A stretch of DNA of 58,494 nt, taken from Chromatiales bacterium (GTDB lineage: Bacteria > Pseudomonadota > Gammaproteobacteria > Steroidobacterales > BM003). Shown piece by piece: positions 36,749-44,592 of the stretch (the stretch's first letter is position 1; each line of letters begins with the position of its first letter). The notes beneath the pieces were generated by a model. That model saw only the letters and a program-made list of their open reading frames with translations. It was not told the DNA's origin and did no database searches. The stretch covers positions 1 to 58,494 of the forward strand of contig PKUM01000212.1 of NCBI GenBank assembly GCA_002868855.1, in the 5' to 3' direction. The translations under genes were made by a program, and so were the position numbers.

Positions 36749-38593
36749 ATGCGCGACCTCCGCCCCGACCAGATAGTGTTTGGCCGGTACACCCTTCTCC
36801 GGCCATTGCGCAGCGGCGCCCGCCATCCCGCATGGCTGGCAACGGACTCCCGTTCCGGTAAGCAAATCGGACTCTGGATATTGCCCGCTGCGGCACTCAC
36901 ACCCGATCTTGAAGCGCAACTGCACCAGGGAATCGCTGCGGCCGAGACAATTGGCGAACCCGAAATGGCCGGCATCGCGCTGGCGCAGTTGAATCCAGCT
37001 CAATTCTCGCGCGATGGCGCGCAGCTAGAGAGACTGATCGAACAATTCGCCGACGACAGTCTCGACATCGAGGCCGAGGAATTCGAGTCGATCGAACCGC
37101 TGAATTTCAGTAGTGCGGCCACTACGGCTCCCGTCGAATCGGAACACCGCAGTACGGTGTCGAAACCCGTAATCATTACGTTGTTTGCAGTCAGTATCAT
37201 TATTGCCTTCGGCGTAATTTTTTACCTCCCGGACCTGGTAAAACCACCGCCGCCGGAACAGACCGCGGCAACGCCCGAGACCAGCCAACGGGCAGCGCCA
37301 GCGACCGCGGCAAGAAGCGAACCGGAAGCACCTAAAGAACTGGCGCCGTGGCAGCGCGCCCAGATTCTGAAACAGAAAGAAGCAGCGGAAGCAGTTCTCG
37401 AGGAGTTCATCCGCAAGCAGTTCGATCTGGAAGAAAGCAATGTGACCGCATGGGCGGAAACCGAGTTCAACGCCGCCAAGGAACATGCACGCACCGGGGA
37501 CGGTCACTTCAGCATTCGCGAGTACGAGGCCGCGCAGCAGTCTTACCAGGCCGGGCTCGATCAACTTCTTGCACTGGAGGCTCTGGCCCCCGTGTTGTTG
37601 AGCGCGGCGCTTACGCGCGGCCAGGAGGCGCTCGACAGTTTTGATTCCGCCACGGCCACCGAAGCTTTTACCGCGGCGCTGGCGCTCGATCCCGATAACG
37701 CTACCGCAACTGCCGGCCTGCGCCGGGCCGAATCGCTGGACGCGGTTGAACGACTGCTGGCTGAGGCCCGCAGAGCCGAGAGTCGCGGCGAGTTCGCGGT
37801 TGCGCGCGATGCCTTTCGCGAGGCGCTGGCTCTCGATGCCGCGGCGAGCGAGGCAACAGAGGGACTCGACCGCGTGACAGCACGTCTCGCCAGCGATCAA
37901 TTCTCGGTACTGATGTCGCAGGGCTATGCGGCATTGTCGGCGGGACAATTGCAACAGGCAGACTCCGCTTTCAAGCGCGCGCGTCAACTCAAACCGGGGT
38001 CGCCCGAGGTGGCGGAAGCCCTGGCGCAAACCGATATGCAACGCCGATTGACCCGGATTGCCAGCTTGCGCAGCGAAGCGGAAAGATTCGAGAGCGAAGA
38101 GAATTGGCCGCAGGCACTGGATCGCTACGAGAAAGCGCTGGCGCTGGACGCAAATCTGGCGTTCGCAAAACGTGGCCGTTCGCGCAGCCAGGAACGGGCC
38201 GAGCTGGACAAGCGCCTCACCGAATACCTGGCGGCGCCGGCGCGCTTGTCCACTGACGCAGTCTATGCAGCCGCCGAGCAACTCATGTCGGTTGCCACCA
38301 CTGTCGAGCCGCGCGGACCGAAACTAACCGCGCAAATCCAGCAAATGCAGCAGGCAATGTCGGTCGCGCGAGTCCCGGTGACGGTGCGTTTCGAATCCGA
38401 CAATCAGACCGAAGTTACGTTGTTTCGAATCGGACAGCTCGGGAGTTTCGACGCGCGCGACATCGAGCTACGGCCCGGCACCTATACGGTAGTGGGAACA
38501 CGCTCCGGGTTCCGCGACGTGAGACAGCAATTTACGGTCGTTGCCGGCCAGCCCGCCGGTCCGGTCATCGTACGCTGCGAGGAGAAGATTTGA
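36749..38593 (+). CDS. bitopic membrane protein: short cytoplasmic N-domain, one TM, periplasmic TPR repeats, C-terminal PEGA-like beta domain
   Basis: The ATG at 36749 lies 19 nt after the upstream stop (ORF open from 36581). The TM segment is VIITLFAVSIIIAFGVIFYL. TPR-type repeats are present (ALALDPDN, ALALDAAA, ARQLKPGS, ALALDANL). The C-terminal part is VTVRFESDNQTEVTLF....LRPGTYTVVGTRSGF. Confidence 0.65.
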   Translation: MRDLRPDQIVFGRYTLLRPLRSGARHPAWLATDSRSGKQIGLWILPAAALTPDLEAQLHQGIAAAETIGEPEMAGIALAQLNPAQFSRDGAQLERLIEQFADDSLDIEAEEFESIEPLNFSSAATTAPVESEHRSTVSKPVIITLFAVSIIIAFGVIFYLPDLVKPPPPEQTAATPETSQRAAPATAARSEPEAPKELAPWQRAQILKQKEAAEAVLEEFIRKQFDLEESNVTAWAETEFNAAKEHARTGDGHFSIREYEAAQQSYQAGLDQLLALEALAPVLLSAALTRGQEALDSFDSATATEAFTAALALDPDNATATAGLRRAESLDAVERLLAEARRAESRGEFAVARDAFREALALDAAASEATEGLDRVTARLASDQFSVLMSQGYAALSAGQLQQADSAFKRARQLKPGSPEVAEALAQTDMQRRLTRIASLRSEAERFESEENWPQALDRYEKALALDANLAFAKRGRSRSQERAELDKRLTEYLAAPARLSTDAVYAAAEQLMSVATTVEPRGPKLTAQIQQMQQAMSVARVPVTVRFESDNQTEVTLFRIGQLGSFDARDIELRPGTYTVVGTRSGFRDVRQQFTVVAGQPAGPVIVRCEEKI

Positions 38594-40995
38594 CCGCCTC
38601 AGTCCGCCTCGTCGATGGAGAAACCAGCGAGCGCTATCAGGCAACGCGGCGGGTTGGCATCGGCGGTGCGGATGCCGAAGTGCCGTGGCCGGGCGCCGCC
38701 CACGGCGAGACCCTCGCCTACCTCGAATACACGAAAGCTGGCTGGGTAATGACCCCGGCCGGCGATGCGCTCATCCTGCGTAACGATTCGAACCTGGAAG
38801 AACCGGTTCTGGTCGCAGTCGGCGACACACTCGAACACGAGTCGAGGATTCTGGTTGTTCGCAAGACCGGGCCGGAGCTGGTGCTGGAAACGGAAACCGC
38901 GGACGACGTCATTGCAATGGACTTCTCGAGTGGCGGTGACGTTGAATCCGAGGGCGAGCTGATCGAGGCCGCCGTATTTGCGCCGTCCGAGCGCCGCACA
39001 CGAGGTTGGCGCAGCGTGCTGCGACCGGTGCCGCTACTGGTATTTGCGATTTTTGTCGTACTCGGCAGCGTAGCCTGGTTTATGCTCACCGCGCGCACCG
39101 TCGAATTACAGGTGGAGCCCGTCGCCGAGGAAATCGAGATTGACGGAGGGCTCTACGTTTTTGAACTTGGCGGTCGGTATTTGTTACGGCCTGGCGACTA
39201 TCGTCTGCATATGGCGCGCGAGGGCTATTACGACTTCGACGAAATTTTGAGCGTCGGCGAGGAACGCAACCAGTTCTTCGAGTTTGAACTGAAAAAACTG
39301 CCCGGTATTTTGCACCTTACGACAGAGCCTGGCGACGGTGTGCGGGTCTCGGTAAACGGGGAGATTGTCGGCACGACACCGATCGAGCCGCTGACGATCG
39401 AACCGGGCCCGCACGAGTTCACGCTCGATGCCGAACGATTCGATTCCTACAGCGTACAGGTCGAGATCGAGGGAGGTGGCGCGGAACAGTTCCTGGAGGC
39501 GAAACTTGAACCGCTCTGGGCCAGCGTCGCGATCAACAGCGAGCCGATCGGCGCAGAAGTACTCGTAGATGGCGAAGCAGTCGGTGTCACACCTATTAGC
39601 GCCGACATACTGGAGGGCGTACGCGAGGTACAGGTATCCCTGCCCGGCTACAAATCCTATAACGAAGAAATCGACGTCGTGCGCTCGGTTCCGCAAACTC
39701 TCGAGACCATCGTTCTTGAGCAGGCCGATGGTCTTGTCAGTCTGCGCAGCAGACCATCGGGGGCCAGCATTATGGTAAACGGCGCCTACCGCGGGCAGAC
39801 CCCGTCGGAGCTCGAACTTGCGCCCGGTATCACATATCGCATCGAATTCAGCAAGGCCGGATTTCAGAAAGTCACCCGCAACGTCAAACCCGAATCGGGC
39901 ACAAGCCGCCAGGTGGATGTGTCCCTGAAACCGTTTGTCGGAGAAATAAGTATCGTCGCCGATCCCGCCGATGCCGAGGTCCTTATAAACGGAAAGGTTC
40001 GCAGCGAACGGCGCCTGACGCTGCCCGCCGTGCCGCAACAGATAGAGATTCGCAAGCCCGGATTTGCGTCCTACCGAATTACCGTTACGCCGCGACCCGG
40101 GTTCCCGCAGGAAGTGTCAACTCGGCTGAAAACAGAAGCACAGGCCCGCGCCGACTCCCGGCCGAGACGTATAAAGACCGCCGCCGGTCCGGAACTCATA
40201 CTTGTTACTCCGGGTCGATTGAGTATGGGATCATCGCGACGTGAGCAGGGACGGCGTTCCAACGAGAGCCTGAGGCAGGTCGAACTGGTGCGCGCGTTCT
40301 ATTTTGGCGTACAGGAGGTCAGTAACGAGCAGTTTCGACAGTTTGCCGAGCAGCATAATTCGGGGGCGTTCGAGGGTGTCGATCTGAACCGGCCCGACCA
40401 TCCCGTCTCGGGTATAACATGGCAACAGGCGGCGGCATTCTGCAACTGGCTGAGCGAGCGCGACGGGCTTCCGGCAGCATACGTAGACCGCGGCGGCGTG
40501 CTGGTCGCTGCGGAACCGATGAACCACGGGTACCGGTTACCCACAGAGGCGGAATGGGCGTGGACCGGGCGCCAGGTTGCGGGTCGCGGCAGCGGTCGTT
40601 TTCCATGGGGCGATGACTGGCCTCCCCCGCCGGCTCCAAAAACCGGAAATTACGCTGACGAGTCGGCGCGCAGATTGTTCAACGACTACATCAAGGGCTA
40701 CAACGACGGGTATGCCGGGAGCTCTCCGGTCGGCAGTTTCGGCGCATCGCCCATCGGTCTGTTCGACATGGGCGGCAACGTGGCAGAATGGATTCACGAT
40801 CTGTACACCACCTACCCCTCGGCCGGTGCAAACCTCGAACGCGATCCGATGGGGCCATTGGACGGCAAGTTTCACGTTATCCGCGGCTCCAGCTGGCGAC
40901 ATGCAACAATCAGCGAATTGCGCTGGGCATACAGGGATTATGGAGAGGAAGCCCGACCCGACGTCGGCTTCAGACTCGCCAGGTACGCCGAGTAG
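38590..40995 (+). CDS. FHA-like / TM / PEGA-repeat / FGE-sulfatase-domain (SUMF1/PvdO-like) protein
   Basis: 801-aa ORF. The TTG start overlaps the upstream TGA and is preceded by GAGGAG. The TM segment is VPLLVFAIFVVLGSVAWFML. About five PEGA-like repeats follow (e.g. INSEPIGAEVLVDGEAVGVTP). The C-terminal part carries RLPTEAEWAW, GNVAEWIHD, VIRGSSWRH and VGFRLARY. Confidence 0.75.
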   Translation: MTASVRLVDGETSERYQATRRVGIGGADAEVPWPGAAHGETLAYLEYTKAGWVMTPAGDALILRNDSNLEEPVLVAVGDTLEHESRILVVRKTGPELVLETETADDVIAMDFSSGGDVESEGELIEAAVFAPSERRTRGWRSVLRPVPLLVFAIFVVLGSVAWFMLTARTVELQVEPVAEEIEIDGGLYVFELGGRYLLRPGDYRLHMAREGYYDFDEILSVGEERNQFFEFELKKLPGILHLTTEPGDGVRVSVNGEIVGTTPIEPLTIEPGPHEFTLDAERFDSYSVQVEIEGGGAEQFLEAKLEPLWASVAINSEPIGAEVLVDGEAVGVTPISADILEGVREVQVSLPGYKSYNEEIDVVRSVPQTLETIVLEQADGLVSLRSRPSGASIMVNGAYRGQTPSELELAPGITYRIEFSKAGFQKVTRNVKPESGTSRQVDVSLKPFVGEISIVADPADAEVLINGKVRSERRLTLPAVPQQIEIRKPGFASYRITVTPRPGFPQEVSTRLKTEAQARADSRPRRIKTAAGPELILVTPGRLSMGSSRREQGRRSNESLRQVELVRAFYFGVQEVSNEQFRQFAEQHNSGAFEGVDLNRPDHPVSGITWQQAAAFCNWLSERDGLPAAYVDRGGVLVAAEPMNHGYRLPTEAEWAWTGRQVAGRGSGRFPWGDDWPPPPAPKTGNYADESARRLFNDYIKGYNDGYAGSSPVGSFGASPIGLFDMGGNVAEWIHDLYTTYPSAGANLERDPMGPLDGKFHVIRGSSWRHATISELRWAYRDYGEEARPDVGFRLARYAE

Positions 40996-41009
40996 TCATG
41001 GAGCATCGA

Positions 41010-41261
41010 ATGAAAGAACTCGCTGTCGCTATCTTAATTCTCGGGCTGGGCGCATCAATGGCGCAAGCCCAGGATGAGGCACAGGAAACAGAGTCCGCCC
41101 CCGCTGCCGAGACGAGCGAAAATGCGGCGGAGACAACCGAAGCTCCGCCTGCCAGAGCCGAAGAAACCCAAACAGAATCGCGACGTGGCAGGCCGCAAAA
41201 ATTCGAGCCTTCCGAGGAAATCTCGGAAGATTTGTCCGTCTCGTTTCCTGTCGATATCTAG
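41010..41261 (+). CDS. small secreted acidic protein
   Basis: The ATG at 41010 is preceded by GGAG (alternative ATG at 40998). It has a signal peptide MKELAVAILILGLGASMAQA/QD. The mature part is Glu/Thr/Ala-rich and ends in SVSFPVDI. Confidence 0.55.
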   Translation: MKELAVAILILGLGASMAQAQDEAQETESAPAAETSENAAETTEAPPARAEETQTESRRGRPQKFEPSEEISEDLSVSFPVDI

Positions 41262-41282
41262 AGCCCTACAGAGAGCCTGAGA

Positions 41283-42083
41283 ATGGTAAAAAAGCAATTC
41301 CCTTTCGAGTTTACCTATCAGGTTTTCGCCCTGATCGTCGCGATAATCATCGTGCATGCGATATATGTCGCCGTCGTGCGCCCGAATGCTGAAGCGGTTC
41401 TTACCTATCAGGCCGAAATGATGGCGCAGGACAGCGACTATGTTGCCGATCGTTCGGTATGGGTCCTGATCAGGGATTTCGAACAGGAGTCGTGCTTTAT
41501 CCTGTTGTTTTGGGCGATGGCAATAATGGCCTACAAAGCGGTACTCGCCGTCCGTGAACGCGCCCTGCTGCAACAGGACCTCTTGCATATAACGGAGGGT
41601 ATGAGCGTGTTGCCGGAAGACACCCGGGAACTGTCGCGCCCGTTACAGGCGCTTCCGGACAAGGATCGGGAGAGTCTACTGCCGCGTGCGCTGCTTACCG
41701 CCCTGCACCGATTTCGTTCCACCCGGAATATTCAGGATACGTCTGACGCAGTTCGTTCGGTGTGCGAAGGTGAGTCGGAGCGTCTCGACTCCGAGCTTTC
41801 AATGGTCAGGTACATCGCGTGGGCGATACCGTCGGTCGGCTTTATTGGCACGGTCCGCGGTATTGGCGAGGCGCTTGGCCAGGCGCACAAGGCCGTCGAA
41901 GGCGACATCGCCGGTGTCACGGCCAGCCTCGGTGTAGCATTCAACTCCACGTTTATCGCTTTGATCCTGAGTATCGTGCTGATGTTCCTGCTGCACCAGC
42001 TGCAATTGCAACAGGAAAGACTCGTGCTCAAAACTCAGGATTATTGCGACGAACATCTGTTGCGCCACCTACAGGTACGCTAA
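41283..42083 (+). CDS. MotA/TolQ/ExbB-family proton-channel protein (divergent)
   Basis: 266-aa ORF with three TM segments. The family signature is in the TM2-TM3 region (YIAWAIPSVGFIGTVRGIGEALG ... GVAFNSTFIALILSIVLMFLL). Confidence 0.75.
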   Translation: MVKKQFPFEFTYQVFALIVAIIIVHAIYVAVVRPNAEAVLTYQAEMMAQDSDYVADRSVWVLIRDFEQESCFILLFWAMAIMAYKAVLAVRERALLQQDLLHITEGMSVLPEDTRELSRPLQALPDKDRESLLPRALLTALHRFRSTRNIQDTSDAVRSVCEGESERLDSELSMVRYIAWAIPSVGFIGTVRGIGEALGQAHKAVEGDIAGVTASLGVAFNSTFIALILSIVLMFLLHQLQLQQERLVLKTQDYCDEHLLRHLQVR

Positions 42084-42086
42084 CTG

Positions 42087-43493
42087 ATGACAGCCGTCCT
42101 CGAAATCAACGACATCGGATTGCTGCTCAGCCTCGATGCCGAGCCCATTTTCGAGTCGCCCGGCTATGCGATGCTGGATGACAGGGAAATTGTCGTCGGC
42201 GCTGATGCGCTGGCTCAGTCGCGCCTGCAGCCCAACCGGATCCAGAACCGGTTTTGGGACCAGCTGAGCATGGAGGAACTGCCCAAGCCGATGGGCCAAG
42301 CGCGCAACTATGCCGATCTCGCTTACGCTCACCTGAAAAGCTTGAGTAGCCGCCTGCTGGCCGAAGGCGAACGCAAGGTCATATTTTCCGTTCCGGGAAC
42401 CTACGACCGTCAACAACTGGCATTGCTGCTCGGAATGGCCAAGGAGTGCGGTCTCGACGTGGTCGGGCTCGTGGATACCGCAGTCGCCGCATCGCCGCAT
42501 GCGGTACCGGGTCACAACCTGTATTTTCTGGATATCTTCCTGCATCGCACGATACTGACGGAATTGCAGCAGGGCGTGCGGCTCAAACGCACCCGCGTCG
42601 ACGTCCTCGGCAATATTGGCATGTCGACACTCAATGACCGTTGGGCAAACCGAATTGCCGATCTGTTCGTTTCGGAGACGCGCTTCGACCCGATGCATGT
42701 CGCCCAGACCGAACAGGTTCTTTACGATCACCTGGGTGGATGGCTGCGCGAACTGGACAGCGTCGGCGCGGCAGAACTGGAATTGCCGACCGGCCGTAAA
42801 TCCTACCAGGTGACAGCCAAGCGAGAGCGCGTGCTCGAGGCGACCAATGCGCACTTTCGCCAGATCGCCGAACAGATCAACACCCGGATCGGCAGCAATG
42901 GTCCGGTCGCGTTGCAAATTTCGCATCGCGTAGCCGCCCTTCCCGGCTTGAGTAAAGAACTGGAACAGCAAATCGATTGCCAGATAATCGAACTCGAACG
43001 CGAGGCCGCCGCGCGAGGAGCGGTGCGCCATGGAGAACACCTAGTCCAGGGCGGCAAGGGAGTCCGGTTCGTGACCAGCGTGCCATGGTCGCTGGACTCC
43101 GCGTCGCCAATATCCACCACAACTCCCGGACCCGATCCCACGAGCACGGCGCAGACCGCCGTGCCTGCAGCAGCGGCATCACCACTTCCGCCACCTTCGC
43201 CGCCGCGGCCGCGACTGCCAAGTCATGCGGTGGTACATGGCATTGCCCATCCGTTGAACCGTCACGATACCCGGCTCGACGCACTGATAGGCCTGCCGGC
43301 CGGCTCTGATGCCGCAACGATTACGCTGCGTGTAGTGGAGGACGGCGTGCTGGTAGACCCTGGCACGGCACAACTGCACCACAAACGACGCCAATTAGAT
43401 GGCGTCGCCGTATTCGGGATCGGCGATCGGATTACGTTGCCCGACGGAGAGGAATTGCTGCTGATCGAAGTAGCCGGAGAAAATGGCTCGTAA
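42087..43493 (+). CDS. Hsp70/actin-fold (ASKHA) protein with degenerate nucleotide loops, Pro-rich linker and FHA-like C-terminal domain
   Basis: 468-aa ORF. The block FSVPGTYDRQQLALLLGMAKECGLDVVGLVDTAVAAS parallels DnaK [37 protein letters not shown]. The phosphate-1 and phosphate-2 loops are not conserved. A Pro/Ser/Thr/Ala-rich linker precedes a C-terminal beta-rich domain. Confidence 0.6.
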   Translation: MTAVLEINDIGLLLSLDAEPIFESPGYAMLDDREIVVGADALAQSRLQPNRIQNRFWDQLSMEELPKPMGQARNYADLAYAHLKSLSSRLLAEGERKVIFSVPGTYDRQQLALLLGMAKECGLDVVGLVDTAVAASPHAVPGHNLYFLDIFLHRTILTELQQGVRLKRTRVDVLGNIGMSTLNDRWANRIADLFVSETRFDPMHVAQTEQVLYDHLGGWLRELDSVGAAELELPTGRKSYQVTAKRERVLEATNAHFRQIAEQINTRIGSNGPVALQISHRVAALPGLSKELEQQIDCQIIELEREAAARGAVRHGEHLVQGGKGVRFVTSVPWSLDSASPISTTTPGPDPTSTAQTAVPAAAASPLPPPSPPRPRLPSHAVVHGIAHPLNRHDTRLDALIGLPAGSDAATITLRVVEDGVLVDPGTAQLHHKRRQLDGVAVFGIGDRITLPDGEELLLIEVAGENGS

Positions 43494-44580
43494 GAAACGA
43501 CAAACCAATGTTTTCAGCCTGTCCTTTCTGGACTGCATGTCATGTGGTTTTGGCGCCGTCGTTCTGTTCTTCATGATAATAAATCACGCCACCGAGGTTC
43601 GCTCGGACGAAGTCAATGAGAAACTCCTTGCCGAAGTCAGCCTGCTCGAGCGCCAGGTACTGGACGGCGAGCGCCATAAGGTCGAGTTGCGAAATTCAAT
43701 TGACGAGGTCGACAAGGAGTCCGCAATTACAGAAGGACTGTCGGCACAGGTATTGAGCGACCTCGAGGTCATTCAGGAACAACTCGCCGATCTGGATGCA
43801 TTGACGGTCGCACAACGCGAGCATATCAACAAGCTCAAGTCCGATCTGAAAACGATTGATGAAGAGAAGAAACGGCTGGAGGGTGCGCGCGCAAGCGAGG
43901 ATGATGAGGGCGGTGCGACGCGCTCGTTCGTCGGTCAGGGCGACCGCCAGTATCTTACCGGCCTCAAAGTCGGCGGTGAGCGAATACTGATCCTGGTTGA
44001 TGGTTCCGCCAGCATGCTCGATTCCAGCATTGTCAACATTATCCGCCGCCGCAACATGTCCGACCCCGAGAAACTCAAAGCGCGCAAATGGCAACGGACC
44101 ATCAATGCCGTCGACTGGCTGAGCACGCAGATTCCGGTGGAGAGCAAATTCCAGATTTACACATTCAATACGGGCGTGCAGGCGTCCATACCGGATACGC
44201 TCGGTGACTGGGTCGAAGTGGATTCGGGTCGCAATCTGAACGCCGCAATCGATGGGGTCAAAAGCCATGTTCCGGCGGGCGGAACCAGCCTCCATGCCGC
44301 TTTTGCCGCGGCACGCGCTCTGAAACCCATGCCCGACAATATTTATTTGCTTACCGATAGTTTGCCGACGCAGGGTGCTTCGGCGCCGCGGCGCACCACC
44401 GTCAACGGCAAAAACCGGATCAAACACTTCGAGGAAGCTGTCGCAACGTTGCCCCTGGGCATACCCGTCAACATCATTCTGCTGCCCATGGAAGGTGACC
44501 CGATGGCGTCAGCGGCGTTCTGGCAACTTGCACAAGTCACGGGAGGGTCATTCATGAGCCCATCCAAGGACTGGCCGTAA
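43483..44580 (+). CDS. ExbD/TolR-like TM anchor + coiled coil + vWA-domain protein (paralog 1)
   Basis: 365-aa ORF overlapping the upstream gene by 11 nt. It has a basic N-terminus, a TM helix FSLSFLDCMSCGFGAVVLFFMI with an embedded Asp, about 100 aa of heptad-like sequence, and a vWA domain with the MIDAS motif LILVDGSASM. Confidence 0.75.
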   Translation: MARKKRQTNVFSLSFLDCMSCGFGAVVLFFMIINHATEVRSDEVNEKLLAEVSLLERQVLDGERHKVELRNSIDEVDKESAITEGLSAQVLSDLEVIQEQLADLDALTVAQREHINKLKSDLKTIDEEKKRLEGARASEDDEGGATRSFVGQGDRQYLTGLKVGGERILILVDGSASMLDSSIVNIIRRRNMSDPEKLKARKWQRTINAVDWLSTQIPVESKFQIYTFNTGVQASIPDTLGDWVEVDSGRNLNAAIDGVKSHVPAGGTSLHAAFAAARALKPMPDNIYLLTDSLPTQGASAPRRTTVNGKNRIKHFEEAVATLPLGIPVNIILLPMEGDPMASAAFWQLAQVTGGSFMSPSKDWP

Positions 44581-44592
44581 GGTGAGGACAAA

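Noticed and set aside
41283-42083. Whether the MotA-like gene is a Zorya-type (ZorA) anti-phage defence component.
   Set aside because: No ZorB-like peptidoglycan-binding partner, long ZorA tail, or ZorC/ZorD helicase or nuclease genes are present. The neighbours are envelope and structural proteins.
29831-44427. A series of long antisense ORFs across the envelope cluster (29831-30970, 31794-32813, 32755-33930, 37025-38281, 39184-40038, 42069-43040, 43696-44427, all on the minus strand).
   Set aside because: Each lies wholly within a + strand gene that has clear domain signatures. The translations are Arg/Gly/Pro-rich with no recognisable motifs, signal peptides or sensible starts.
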